Positions 26,567 to 40,945 of a stretch of 64,000 nucleotides of DNA are shown piece after piece. Each line of letters begins with the position of its first letter. Position 1 is the stretch's first letter. The stretch spans positions 43,772,001 through 43,836,000 of the forward strand of contig OX597817.1 of assembly GCA_951406725.2 (NCBI GenBank). The letters are read 5' to 3'. The position numbers were made by a program, and so were the translations under genes. Below the pieces are notes generated by a model. The model was not told where the DNA came from, did no database searches, and saw only the letters and a list, made by a program, of their open reading frames with translations. Source of the DNA: Octopus vulgaris (lineage: Eukaryota).

Positions 26567-27344
26567 TATATATATATAAATACTTTTTCCTTTTTTGAAC
26601 ACTAACTATTCAACCATAAAGTAATAGTGGAATTTGTTGACAATCAAAGAAATGGAGGTATAGTGAACTATGTGTTTGCCAAGGCTATAATCTAGTGAAT
26701 GTATTAGGAGGGTTTGTACCCATGACCATGTGCTCAGTAGTGTAGTTCAGTACTTTAACATATCTTAATTAATAATCTTTTACATGCACACACACACACA
26801 AATGCACATACACACAGCACATATGGATGTATGTGTGTGGTGTCTGTATATGTATGTACATGTGTTTGTGTATGTAGAGTGAGCAAGAGAGAGAAGGGTG
26901 GAGAGAGAGAGAGAAAAGAGATAAAGAGAGAAACTGGCAGATTAACAGATATAGCGAAAATGCAAAATATGAACAATATACTAAGTCTCTAAACACTGAA
27001 TTCCGGAAGTTAAGCTCACAGAAAATGCAATGATTTATTGCCTGGTTCATATGTCTGGTTTCTTTGCTCTATTTTTTAAAATCTCTTTTTGTTTTGTGTT
27101 TTCTATTTTTTCTATTTTTTCACATTGCTCAAATATGGAGAATCTTGCCTCTCAAAATATAGAAACATTTCTCATGGCACCAGCAGACAAAATGGAAAAG
27201 GCATTGTCCTGGATAATAGTGAAGGAGATGCACTGGAACAGCCACTCTGACTCGTGGGGCTCACACTTGCAGACAGCAATCTCTGCCCAGATAACGATGA
27301 GCAGGGATATGGTCTGGTAACCAAGGACGCCAGAAGTCTAAACT

Positions 27345-27505
27345 ACCATCATCACCATCGTTTAATGTCTATTTTCCATGCTGGCATGGATTGGATGGCC
27401 TAACAGGGGATGACTAGGCAAAAGACTGCATCAGGCTTCACTGTTTTGGCAGGGTTTTTATTGCTAGATACCCTTCCTAATACCAACCACCTTACAGAGT
27501 GAATC
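27345..27505 (-). mobile_element. RTE-tail SINE/LINE 3' end
   Basis: (CAT)n tail then tttaatgtc.attttccatgctggcatgg.ttggatgg, and cccttcctaataccaaccac. Same family at 30990-31130, 33895 and 55430. Confidence 0.7.
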
Positions 27506-28779
27506 CTCACAGTAGACCCATATATATATATATATATATTTATACACACACACACACACAGATACACACAGTTGTATATTAGTATGGTTTCATCATTTCC
27601 ACTAAATCAGATCGAATAGTGATCTGTTTTTCAATGCCGTGTTTCATTCATGTTGCACAGTTGGGAATATCGGTGTATTTGCCCTTAGCATCAAGGAAAG
27701 TTCTTAGCTGTATCTAACACTAGAGCCTCTTAGTTAAGCATGCCACCTAATGAGATCCACCTGTGTGCCCTGTCTTGTGCTAGAGATTAACTGCATTATT
27801 TATATTAATAGCATTGCTCTCAATCAAACAATACATATGTAGCTGTTACCAATATTCTCTCTCTTCAACATTTCTATATAGGTATTATCCTTCCTCTAAC
27901 ATTAATTACCTAACACTGAACTAACATTACTTCCATAAAGAGAGCCCTTGGAACTTATATTACTGGTCGCTTTTGCTGAACTGCCAAAAATAACAGGGAT
28001 GTAAACACACCAACACCGATTGTCAAGTTGTGGTTAGAGATAAACACAGACATAAAGACACACATACACATACATGTAATCAGTATATGATATAGTAGTT
28101 ACCTTCAAATGCAATAAAACCTAATCACTTCACATAAAGATGAAACGATCTTGCATCTATGTACTTTCTATACATGAACACTGTTAAAAATCCTCAAACT
28201 TGTTAAAAATGGCCAACCTTTATGATACCTGATGAATTTTTTTCATGTCAGTCACACAAATATAACATTATTAAACTTGCTCCACTTATATTAGGATTTA
28301 AGAGCAAAAATTGAAAAATGGATGTTGTTCTAATCACTACAAAAAAGGAGAAGTGTAACCAACATTAAAGTACAGAATGTTTATCTGAAATGAGTTGCTG
28401 CTAAAAGTATTATCAGGTATACAAAAGAAACCATCTGGCTGATTGGCAAAAATTCACTAACTATACACTACAACTACTGGTCAGTAGATGTACTGTTTCA
28501 TCTCTCTCTCTCTTCTATCATTAATATCTTGACTTCTGATTCTCTAAATAGACTATGTGGCCCATTACTTCTCTTATTTTGTCTCAATTCCTGAACTTTC
28601 AACTGAGCAACTTGCTCATTTTCTTCTACCTCAAACAGTTTTTCTGGAACTTCTATGTGCCTACTATTTTTGTATTGGCATTAACTTACAGATCTTCAGG
28701 TCACTCATTAACTGTCCTGATTTCATGAGCCAGGGAGAACATACATTATAATAATGGTAATAATAATAATAATAATAAA

Positions 28780-29330
28780 TGCCCTGATGCAGTCCCAGGC
28801 AGTGGCTCTCATGGTTTCTGATCTTAACTTGTTGGAAGTGTTATCATGCATATTGTTTTGTCTGGGTATAAAAGATGGCCTACAGTAAATATTCTACTCA
28901 AAACCACAGATTTGCATGTCACTTGCTTGAATATGTCCCTTTGTGGCTGACAATATGTTGAATATGTCCCTTTGTGGCTGACAATATGTGCAATCTCTGA
29001 TCATGAGCAAAAGTAGTGAGGGAGCATCATAGCCATGTGTTAAGAGGAAGTCTTTGGGGTTTAGATAATTCACCTCTGGAAACATGGGTGTTTCATTCAT
29101 CATCTTTAAGGAACTCTTATTTAGGGGCCTTTGAAGCAGAACGGGGTACTTGACATGATGAAAAATCTAACTGAGTCCTGTCTGCAAGGTCATGCACTAT
29201 TTATCTTGATATGGGATCAGCATGTTGTACACAAATGGTATGCATGCATGTGCCTGATGTACCCTTATCAAATGAGTAGTCATATTTGTACCCCAGTGTC
29301 ACTTTGATAGCATGCGCTGCTCTCTCACTC
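28780..29330. repeat. Interspersed element copy 1 between (AAT)n tracts, with internal 31-bp tandem duplication (28927-28988)
   Basis: Aligns by eye with 29607-30046; ends ctgctctctcactc(aat)n. Confidence 0.85.
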
Positions 29331-29393
<63 letters not shown>

Positions 29394-29394
29394 C

Positions 29395-29606
29395 CTTTCT
29401 ACTATAGGCACAAGACTTGAAATTTTGGGGAGGACTTAAATCGATTACACTGACCCCAGTATTCTACTGGTACTTAATTTATCGACCCCAAAATGATGGA
29501 AAGGCAAAGTCAACCATGGCAGAATTTGAACTTAAAACATAGTGGTGGTTGAAATACCATTAAGCATTTCTTCCAGCATGCAAATGATTCTGCCAGCTCA
29601 CTGGCT
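29395..29606 (-). mobile_element. SINE family A
   Basis: Full consensus from tttctactataggcacaag to gattctgccagctcac. Confidence 0.85.
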
Positions 29607-30046
29607 TGCTCAATGCCACATATTTGCTTGTCAGTTGTTTGACCTTAACCAGTTGAGCATGTCCCTTAGTGGCTGACGATATGCGCATCTCTGATCACAA
29701 GCAGAAGTAGTGGGGGAGCATCAGATTATGTGTTGAAAGGAAGTCTTTGGGGTTTGGATAATTCACCTCTGGAAACATGGATGTTTTGTTTATCATTCTT
29801 AAACAATCCTTATTCAGGGACCTATCTGAGCAGGATGGGCTCCTTGACTTGAAGAAAATTCTAACTGGGCTCCACCTGCAAGGTTATGCACTGTTTATCT
29901 TGATATGAGAGCACTATGTTGCACACATATGGTTGTGATGCCTGTGCCTGGTGTACCCTTATCAGATGGGTAGTCATGATGGGTATACTGGGCTTTGTAT
30001 ATTTTAACCCAGTGTCACTTTGATGGCATGCACTGCTCTCTCACTC
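29607..30046. repeat. Interspersed element copy 2 (left-truncated)
   Basis: Direct repeat of ~28897-29330. Confidence 0.85.
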
Positions 30047-30100
<54 letters not shown>

Positions 30101-30101
<1 letters not shown>

Positions 30102-30312
30102 GTTTCAGATTTTGGCATAGGTTCAGCAATTTGTGGGAGAGGATAAGTTTATTACATTGACCCCAGTGTTCGATTGGTACTTATTTCATAAACCCCTGAT
30201 GGGATGAAAGGCAAAGTCAACCTTGGCAGAATTTGAATTCAGAACAAAGAGATAGATGAACTGTCACTAAATATTTTGCCCAGTCTGTTACTGATTCTGT
30301 CAACTTGCCACC

Positions 30313-30313
<1 letters not shown>
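30101..30313 (-). mobile_element. SINE family A between (AAT)n tracts
   Basis: gatgaaaggcaaagtcaaccttggcagaatttgaattcagaac core. Confidence 0.85.
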
Positions 30314-30390
<77 letters not shown>

Positions 30391-31599
30391 TATTCATACT
30401 AATACATACATACATATGTATATGTGTGTAATTGTATGTACCTGCAGCTATGTATACATGTATTATATTGATTGGCTCAATTTATTGATCTGGAGTTCAC
30501 ATATTTCTGCATTATTAGCAATAAAAATAGAATATTAGGCAATAGAATACTGAGCTGTATGAATAGTTTCTATAGTAATATGCCATATTTGTTTCTATCT
30601 CAATATTTTGATAACAACACACACATACACACACACTCACACACAGGTACACATTTCAAATTTATTTGGTTGCTTGGTACATGTATGTTTAAAGCCCTGC
30701 TGAGATTGTTTAATATACATGTCTGTTGAATAGCAGGCTATTAATTTCATGATATGGCTGAGATAAAATACCTCACTGAAATGTTCTGCTTACTAATTAC
30801 AAAAACTGCAGGTTTTTACTTATGTAATAAGTGAGTTGAAAACCATTTAACCACAGAGGTTATTCAAAAATATCTTGCTTCAGGGATTTAGAATCTAAAA
30901 ACTATAAGCAAACTATAAGCAATGGATGTAACGCTACTAAAATCAGTAGATCTAAACTTTTGGACATTTTGGATAATGTGGACTGGAGTGGATCATCGTT
31001 GTCATCGTCGTCGTCATCATCATCATCCTCCACCTCATCATTTTAATGTTTACTTTTCCATGTTTGCAAGGCCATATGTGAATATGCTGGGACAGAGTTT
31101 TCTATGGCTTAATGCCCTTCCTGTTGTGAACTCCCAAGTGAAGTTTAAGCTCCTAGTCTATCAAACAACAAACAGCTTGGGCATGCTTATGTGGAGAACT
31201 GGAAACAAACAACAACAAAACGAGCCCTTTATTTACAAAGATCACACAACATATCAAGGCATGCCAAGAAGCCTGGACATGCTTTTGTCATGGATAGCAA
31301 GCAAATGACACCATTAGTGAAGCTATTGTTTATAACCACTAAGCAAAATGCGAGGCAAATATGAAATCCTTCAAACACACACACATATACATAAATGCCT
31401 ACATACATCTATATATGTGTGTGTGCATGTGTGCATGTGCGTGTGTGTGTGTGTGTGTGTGTGTCTGTGTGTGTGTGTGTGTATGAAGGGCTTCTTTCAG
31501 TTTCAGTCTATCAAAACCACTCATAAATCTTTGGTTGGTTTGTTGTCACTTGCTGAAGATGCCACACATTGGGACTGAATGCAAAATGTCGAGGGGTGG

Positions 31600-32990
31600 A
31601 TGTAGTGAATGGTGGATAAGGGCTGGGGTATGACCAATGATATATGGGAGAGTGTAGAGCAGCATAATTGTAATGATGACACAGTAGACAAGGAAAGGAT
31701 GAGAGAGAGATGAAGTGAGGGGGAAAGAGGCAGGTGTAGTGCATGGGGGAGAATGAGACACATATAGTGGTAGAGGGGAATAGATAATTTTGTTGCTCAA
31801 TGGGATAATCAATATAAAATGCAGGTGGAGTGGACAGTATAAGGATGAAGGATGGATATCAAGTGAAATGGTTTGAGGCAGTGAGAAAGACTAGTAGTAT
31901 CAGGGAAAAGCTATAGTTAGAGAGACAAAAGGTGGTGGGGGTGTCTTGAAGAGGACATTGCATGAAGGTCTAGTTATGTATACACAGACACAGGGCACAT
32001 TCTGGATAGCATATCAACAGTCATCCTGGTCCCTTGTCATTTGTTCTGTGAAGTTCAGGATCCTGAAATCAGCTTTCACCAATTTGTACCATGTCTTCTT
32101 TGGTCTCCCATTTCCACAACCTTCATCCGCATTAAGTGATCAACACTTTTCATACAAATGTCCTCATTCATATACATCACATGCCCAAACCAGCACAGTT
32201 TTCTTTCTTTCACATTACATCTGATTCCTTTTATGCTCAGTTTTATCTCAATGTACGATGCCCTTCATGATCACTTACATTGCACATCCAATGGGGCATT
32301 CTCTCTTCATTTCATTCCAGTCTTCTCAAGTCCTCTACATTGAAGGTCCATGTCTCACTATCATGCAACATTGTAGTTCTAATTGAAATGTCATATAAGT
32401 TGCTTTTCACTTTAAGGGAGAGGGTTTTTGTTGCCAGCAGTGGTAGTAACTCCCTGAACTTTCTACAACCATTCTTAGCCTGGCTGCTGGTCTTTCAGAG
32501 CAACCAACTTTACTGTTAGTTACATCTCCTAAATATCAAAAGCCATCAGTTACTTCTTGTAGGTTTTAAAGAGATTCTGTTTCCATTGTGCTCATAGTAT
32601 GTATTACTCCAGTGCATCTATTACATATGAAGCTTATGTTCTGTTATTCTACTACATTTCATGTTCTTGTGCATTCATGGCTTACAATATGTACAACATA
32701 TCGAATTTATACCTACTCATTTTCTGTTTAGTGAGCAAGGCACTTCCCTGAGGATAGAAGGGTCTTGTTTTCTTCCCTACTTATTAAAACCTTTGTCTTT
32801 GTTAAGCTCTTACCTTAAGACCTCTTGATACTAGGTTCAGCTTCTAAGCCTGGAATTTCCTCTCTAATTCCCCTATAGATTCAGCTATGATAGCTAGATA
32901 ATTGGCATATAGGTATTCCCATAGACAGCTAATCTTAAACTTCTCTGTGAAGGCCTGTAGGTCTATGAGGAATAAAAAAGAACTGAGTAC
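31600..32990 (-). mobile_element. RTE-clade LINE, 5'-truncated and decayed (RT to 3'UTR)
   Basis: Minus translation has WEYLYANYLAIIAES (degenerate YADD), RKFRELLPLLATK, MLHDSETW and GRPKKTWYKLV, followed by a pyrimidine-rich 3'UTR. Confidence 0.85.
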
Positions 32991-33729
32991 AATGGAATAT
33001 AGTGATACTGATTATAATTATTAATAATGTGGCTAAGAAATGTATTTAATCAGCATCACTACATTTAGCATATTCGTAGATATGCTAATGATTTTAATCT
33101 CTTAATCTTGCCATTTGAATAGGAAATGTTTTGCTAAGGAGGTCTAAGATCAAAATAAATCTGTTACTTTCACCACTTGACTTTATAAACTAGACTCACT
33201 TCCATCTGTATGCTGTATATTATTAAAAATTTCAACAGATTTTATTTAAGTTGTTTCCCTTGGTTGCTGTTTGTCAAGTTCTGAAACACTTCTAGAGGAA
33301 CTTCTTAGTTTAATCCTATCTTAATTATGCAGAACCCTACAGTTTAGCAACTACTCATTCCGGTAATATTTACTGAGGATGTTGAAATTTTAGAAGCAAA
33401 ATTAGTTAAATGAATGACAGTAACAGTAACAGTGATAAATGACAGACTCTATAATAGTCATTGTGGTAAATGCATGGAGTTGCAACAAACTTGTATTTTT
33501 ATGATAATATGTTTTGTCTTCTATTTGACTTGCCTTGCATTTAAATATTTGAAGCATTTATTCATATATCTATATAACCAGGTTAATTGTTCTCAAATAT
33601 TATCTGAGTTTTAAGTTCAATTATATGAAATATATATATACACACAAATGTACATGCATACACACATATATAAATGCATAAAACTGCCGCCATTCCCTTA
33701 GGGTTAGTAGTGCTATAAGCTGCATGATG

Positions 33730-34010
33730 GAAGCACCCAGTACACTCTGTAAAATGGCTGGTATTGGGAATGGCATCCAGCCATAGAGACCATGCCAAAG
33801 ACATGAGGCCCATCAGATCCTGTCAAACCATCTAACCCATGCCAACATAGAACATGGGTGTCAAATGATGATTATATATATATGCATATGTATATCATCA
33901 TCAACAACAACATCAGTTTAATGTCCACTTTTCCATGCTCACATAGGTTGGATGGAATTTGATAAGGCAGATTTTCTATGGCTTGATGCCTTTCCTGTTG
34001 CCAACCCTAG
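33730..34010. mobile_element. Two RTE-tail elements in tail-to-tail inverted orientation
   Basis: 33730-33875 (+) ggcatccagccataga...catctaacccatgccaacatag, and 33895-34010 (-) ccatgctcacataggttggatgg...tctatggcttgatgcc. Confidence 0.7.
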
Positions 34011-34084
34011 TAGGTTTACAAGTAAGGTAATAATTCCACATACAAACCCGCATGCACACACACACACACACACACACACTTATT

Positions 34085-34451
34085 TCAGTTTTTGTCTACC
34101 AAATCCACCCTTAAGGCTTTGATTAGCCCAGGGCTGTAGTAGAAATCACATATTCAAGATATCATGCCATGGAACTAAACCTGAAATCATGTGGTGGGAA
34201 ACAAGCTTCTTGCTAAACACCCACACCTGTGCATATATATATATATATTTTTTTTCTTATTCATTTATTTGTTTCAGTTACTTGACTGCAGCCATGCTGG
34301 GGCACCACCCTGCTGGGTTTTAGTTAAACAAATTGACCCCAGTACTATTTTTTTAAGCCTAGTACTTATTCTATCGGTCTCTTTTACCAAACTGCTAAGT
34401 TACAGGGATGCAACACCTCAACACTGATTGTCAAGTGGCAATGCAGGCACA

Positions 34452-34482
<31 letters not shown>

Positions 34483-34672
34483 TTACACACACACACATAC
34501 ACACACACACATATATACGATGGGCTTCTTCCAGTTTCTGCCTACCAAATCCATTCACAAGGCTTTGGTCAGCCTGAGACTATTGCAGAAGACACTTGCC
34601 CAAGGTGGCATGCAGTGGAACCATGAACCATGAACCTGGAACCATGTGGTTGGGAAGCAAGCTTCTTACCAC
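34085..34672 (-). mobile_element. SINE cluster: two family-B copies (34085-34230, 34520-34672) and a third SINE type (34270-34440)
   Basis: ctaccaaatcca.tcacaaggctttggtcagcc...acttgcccaaggtg..atgcagtggaac...accatgtggttgggaagcaagcttcttaccac. The middle element matches 27960-28030. Confidence 0.8.
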
Positions 34673-36300
34673 TTCTTTCTTTTATTCATTATGCCACTCA
34701 TAAACTTTCAAGATAATTGCAAAAGTATTATGATTTACTGGCTTTAACTGAGTAACCAAAATTTCAAGAACAAAAACAATGAACACTATGTTGCAATTTC
34801 TTTCAAAGTATACACATGCAAAAGTATTTGCATGTATTTCTTTGAAAATGAGATAAAATATTAATCCTATTACTCGCAATTTTTGTTTCTTTTAATTATA
34901 TCAGAGACGTATTTGACAAGCATGTAGTTTGGCTGTGAGGTTGTATTGAGATTAAAATTAGTGTAAGAGAGAAATCATATATTAGCCATTTAAAAACACA
35001 CAAAGACTGTTAACCTCACTTAAACATTTATTATCAGGTATCAAAATTTTCATTTTACTGTGACCTGCTCACTGACATGAGTTCTCTGCAATTCTGATGT
35101 GACAAAAAAGTTTAACATCAAATAATACATGTTTAAATGAAGTTAACAATCTTTGCATGCTTTTGAATGACTAATAAATGTTTTCCATGCTCCAATCATT
35201 ATGTGTATGTGTAATATATATATAAATATTTATTGTAACATATGTATGTGTTATATATATGAATTTGACATGTTTGCATGTCTATTATGTAGTTTTACAC
35301 ACACACATTAATATATATATGGGATACACACACATACATTACAAATTATCAGTTAAAATTTAAAATAAAAATAATATAGGACCCAATACTAGAGATATGA
35401 ATATTACACCTACCTGAGCATAGTACAAAACTTATAGTACAAAACTGCAAAACTAATTTTCCTATATATATATACATGTGATGCAAGCACACACACATGC
35501 TCAGGATGTTTATGCAACATCATGTTTCCTATAATTGCTTTGTGCTGACCAGTGTCTTGTGAATTAAATTGGTAGGTGGAAACTGTATGGAAGCTCATTG
35601 ATGCATGTACATACGTATGTATATATCTCTGTGTGTGTGTGTGCGTGTGTGTTTGAGTGTGCATAAAAGATGTCATTTTTGCTTTTGCATAAGATTTTGT
35701 TTACATTCTTATCCATCCCCCAATTAGACTTTGCAATATTTAAATTTATTAAAATTTTTCTCATTCATACTGTGTGTTGTACAAAATATATATTAATTAA
35801 TGAGGAGCCTATAAAAATTACAAATTAAGTTATCTACTATGATGCTATTCTAATTTATGACCATTTCATTTAGCATTCTATGTTACTGATGGGGGAATGA
35901 AACAAAGTATGGTTTTTTTGAGGAGCAGTCAACAAACTGGGAAACTGCTCATTAGGAGGCTCTCCATATTCTTTCATTGCACACCAAAAGTATAGATGTA
36001 ATGTATTTACATTCTTGTTTCACTAGGAGTAAACTTTGTAATATTTTAGTTCTTTTGATTCATACTGTGTTATACTTTAAGTTTCCACTCACACACGTGT
36101 GCTCATACAGCTTTTTGAGGTGAATTTTTGTCTTGCAACTCAAATTTTATGACGTTGTGATTGGCTCTTGCTTGAAGACCACAGTGGTAGGAAACTTGAG
36201 TTGTGAGATAAAACTTCAGTTTCAGTAAACCATAAACTCCACACCAACTATTGAGTACTCTTTCATTTATTTGACATAATTCAACCTTTGTATGTAAATG

Positions 36301-36327
36301 CAGACAGACAGACAGACAGACAGATAA

Positions 36328-36400
<73 letters not shown>
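36301..36400. repeat. (GACA)n(GATA)n microsatellite
   Basis: Seen directly. Confidence 0.95.
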
Positions 36401-36402
<2 letters not shown>

Positions 36403-36487
36403 TGTGTCTGTATGTGTGCATGCAGTAGTGTATCTGATGTATGTTGTTTAAACCAAACAGGGTAGCAAAAACCCATGCAATGCCATT

Positions 36488-36528
<41 letters not shown>

Positions 36529-37407
36529 GTAATATATTTGAGATATTTAACAATGTCTGATAGAATTGATCTAAGAATACTTACTAATCTATAGATCCCT
36601 TATCCATTAAACATGTTTCATTTTATGTATATCACTATATGTTTTTTCTACATTCTATGTACTACTGATCACATGGTCACAAGTTCAGAGGCTTGTGATG
36701 CAGTTTCCCTGATGGAACAAATACCATTTACATATCACATTTGGTCAAATAGTAAAATCCCTGCACAGAATATTTAAAATAACAACTGGACTAGTATATA
36801 TATTTTTATATATATTTTTATAAAACTAAAGTATGTTTTGTTTAAAATAGATTTGTAAATGAAGTCATCTATGCCAGAATTGTGGTTGTACAGTAGGGAA
36901 TAAGTCAGTAAGTGCATACTATTCAATTACCGCTGATCAGTTTATAGATTTTGAATGGATGTAGCATTGAAGCATGACTTTACAGAACATGGAGAATGTA
37001 ATTCTTTTTTTATTAAGAATTTAAACATCAGTGTTCTATATCTTTTTGTTTGATATTGTCTCAATAATTTGTAGCGTCTGACCATTTACTTAAAATGCAT
37101 TCTTTGAACAATGTTAGTTAATTCATAAATGTATTAATTGATGAATTTATGGATTGTGAAATTACAACAAATTGATAAAAAGTATTACTACTCACTAGTC
37201 ACAAAATAGACAGCAAGAACTCAGATGGAAAACTTCTATTTTCTAACTAAAGCACAATGTCTGCACTAACTTTACAACTAAAATTTCAATTATAAAAGAA
37301 ACAAAGCCCCACCAGACAAATATACTAGAATTAGAAGAAAAAAAATTATAACTTCTCAAGGACATTTGTTTATGAGGATTAGATTGAATTTATTAGGGCC
37401 TTAATAT

Positions 37408-37635
37408 ATTTCTTTATTACCCACAGAGGGCTAAACATAGAGGGGACAAACAAGGACAGACAAAGGGATTAAATCAATTACATCGACCCAGTGCATAACT
37501 GGTACTTAATTTATCAATCCCGAAAGGATGAAAGGCAAAGTCGACCTCGGCGGAATTTGAACTCACAACGTAATGGCAGACAAAATACTGCTAAGCATTT
37601 TGCCCGACGTACTAACGTTACTGCCAGCTCGCCAA
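37408..37635 (-). mobile_element. Young SINE family A copy with alternative 3' tail
   Basis: CpG-retaining core cccgaaaggatgaaaggcaaagtcgacctcggcggaatttgaactc; the tail differs from the 17049 copy. Confidence 0.88.
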
Positions 37636-40600
37636 CGGGAAGTGCAATTATTCGACTAAGCAGTATAATTATTAATGTTATCCAATTATACAGTATTTTT
37701 TAACTTCTCTTTTACAGATAAGCTTAGCTGAAGGAGCATGAATGGGGAATATCTTTTATAGAAAGTACTCCTTAGGGATTGTTTTTCAAAGATTTAATTC
37801 ATAACATTGCTGTATAATGAAATATAAATATCAATTTTTAGTATAGAGTATGTGATCACTACTTATTAGATGTAAATAATCAGACACTGGTAGAACAAGA
37901 ACATATTTCAGTGTTGAATGTTTTCAATCTGAATGGGCTTATAAAAAGGAGGTGACACAAAGAGTAATTATTAAAAAAAAAATTAAATAATGTAAAAGCT
38001 CTAGTGAAATATTGTGTGCAGTCAGACAAGGAATAACTGTGAACAAGATATTTATTCTTTTATGGTATGAATACACAAAGTAAGGATAATGGTTTGGTTA
38101 ACTTATCTTTATATCATATGCACACACATTCCTCATTTCTAATTATTCAAAGACATTTTAAAAATATATTGACATCAAATGTGCAAAGGCTTCTTTCATG
38201 ATAAACCTTGATTAAATAAAACTAAAACTAATTACTGAATCATTCATGTACATGCATAGCTAGATACCCAGATAGGCATGCATGAAAGAAATACATAGTT
38301 ATATATACAAATATATTATTTGGTATATTCACATGCATATAAGGTTCACATAAAATATTCCAATCTTATTTATTTTAAGAAAAGTTTTGCTTAAATTGTA
38401 AAGACTTTGATATTCCTCTTAACTATGTTTATATTTTTCATGATAGTGCTTACTATAAAACATTTGGAATATTTTAAGTATCCTTATTTCTAAAATAAAC
38501 AATAATTAGCCATGCTTCAAACCACTTTTTGCTCCTTTATTGAGAAACAATTTATGAATTAATATAACTTAAATCTAATTAATAAAAAATTGTACCAGTA
38601 AAGAAAATATAATCTATGTTGGTTACTGAGCACTGGTGATACTAACACAAATATAAAGCATCCTGGAAGTGAAATTAAAATCCCATAATTATACTTGGTG
38701 ATGCTGGGTTAAAATTAATTTACATGCAACATTTTCCTCTTGACTTTTCAGTTAGTTACATAATTTATATTTTCTATAATTAAGGAATTAAAAATTTTTT
38801 GTTAACTTTTTATAAATAAATGGTATAAACTGAGATGATTGTTTTCCTAAGGGTATTCTCTTTGGGAAGTTATTAAAATTTAGATGGTAGTAAATGTCAG
38901 TGAATTTATGGTAAACTGAAGCCAAACACTGCAGGGATTCTAGTGAAGAAATGTTTTAATAAATGAGAAATTGGAAGAAAGAGTTGTAGGAGTAGGAGTT
39001 TTGACATGAGATATGAAGAGAAAATAAGGACTAGACAATATCCAGAAATGAATAAATGATCGAGAAATTTAAAGTATGGAATAAAATCAAAAAAGTAAAG
39101 ATGGGTGATCTTTATTTAAATTCATTTCAAAAGAATCTCTATCTAGCTGAATAATTAAATTTGAAGTGATGTATATAATCTGTAACAGAAGCAAATAAAA
39201 TTTTGGATTTAAAATTGAAATAAATAAATATAAAATGGTGGAGATGATGGTAAAGGCAATAAAACTGAATGGTGATAAGATTTTAAATTTACTGGCAGTC
39301 ATGGACTATTTTCTTTAATATTTAGCGCAAAATTTTAGTTATTTTTTCAATTTTCTTTTAAATCACCTTTTGGCCAACAGACAGACAGACAGAATGATAT
39401 AGTAAATGCTTGTAAATGGGTTGATTATTTGGATTCATAAATAAAGGAAAGATACTGAAAAATCTCAAAAAGTACTGTGTATCATCAATAAAAAATTCCA
39501 TCAGCCGAACTTTTATAACAACTTTAATAAGTCAAACTTTAGTAACAAGTTTTTATTCAACCTTTTTCTGAATCATATCAGAGTAATAAAGGAAAATAAA
39601 TACTGCCTTTTGTTTTCTTGAAACACACACAAAAAAATCTTGGTGACATTGCATAACCCAAAAAATGAAATATTATTTGTGATATTTAATCATACTCAAA
39701 AGAAAATATATCTATGAGAAATTTTACACCAGTAAGAATTGAATGAATTTATTGTTATGTATTGCAATTTAGGGAATAAAATGAATTGGAAAAAATGAAT
39801 GGAGAATGTTGTCCATTATAATTATAAAATTTCATGTTTGAGGAGAGACACAAAACTAACATAACAAAAGATACTTTTTGAGTTTCGAATATTAATTAGC
39901 ATGTGGAAAACGAAAACAATATTAGTTAGAGAAGATAACCTTCTCTGAGGATAAATGGAGAAATAATCCACAAATAAAATGGACAATGTCTTGAGGAAGA
40001 TGTTAAGATAAATCCTAGCACCAACCAAGCATGCATAAAAATATATTTAGATGCAAGCATGCCTGAAATATATTAAGTGTAGTCAAACACACACACACAC
40101 ATACACACTCACACAATAACAGATATACATATGTACAATTGCAGGCACAAATATATGCATATATGTATATTTACATATGCTTATTCAGATATGTAAAGAA
40201 GCTATATATTTATATGCATAAAATGTATGTATACAAAATTAATATACAAGTAAAATATATACATTTGTCTTATATACAATTTTCAGCTTATTAAAAAGAG
40301 CTTTTTGATGTAGGAATCAAGGAATAAAGTTACACATAAAATTAATGGAAAAATGAAGAATATTCATTAGTGATATTTTGATCAAAGATCTTATATTACC
40401 TGATTTCGCTGTAAAATATAAGTTGAAATGAAAAAAGTACAATATATAATCGATATATAATCAGTGACTGAACTTCTTTCAAGGTTCAAAATAGATTTTC
40501 TTTTGTTTTTTTCTTTCTTTTGGTAATCAAAGTCACCATATTTTAGAGTATTTGTTAAAGATAAGATTTAGCTTCAGAAAATTAATCTTTTCAGTAGCTT

Positions 40601-40857
40601 GACAAGAACTTGTACATCATGTTTTAAATTTTCTTTTATGCATGATATGGTTTTTAAAAAGTCTATTACCTGATTTTATAATGTACAAGAGAGATTATTA
40701 TCTTCTCTGTTGCTTTCAAAATGTTTTAGATCCTGATGCATTACTAAACAAATAGTTTTTTGACTCATTATATGTCATGTGCTGTTGTAATATGAAATTA
40801 AGCATTTAAAATATACAATATTGAACAGAAAGGGTGATTTATAATTAGTTGACATAC

Positions 40858-40945
40858 TTCACCAATTTTACATTCCCTTCTATGGATATTCTGGAGTTGT
40901 TGGCAGCAGCCATGTCAAGAACTTTGAGTCCATTAAAGACTAAAC
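40858..40945 (-). CDS. NRXN: Neurexin LNS6 C-terminal exon
   Basis: 88 nt, atttcag|...AA|gtatgt. Encodes [30 protein letters not shown], similar to vertebrate [29 protein letters not shown]. Confidence 0.95.

Noticed and set aside
28750-30390. Repeat-spacer look of the AAT-separated units (CRISPR-like)
   Set aside because: Eukaryotic context; the units are retroelements separated by microsatellite; no cas genes.
37540-37635. tRNA-like A/B boxes
   Set aside because: SINE heads; no complete cloverleaf.
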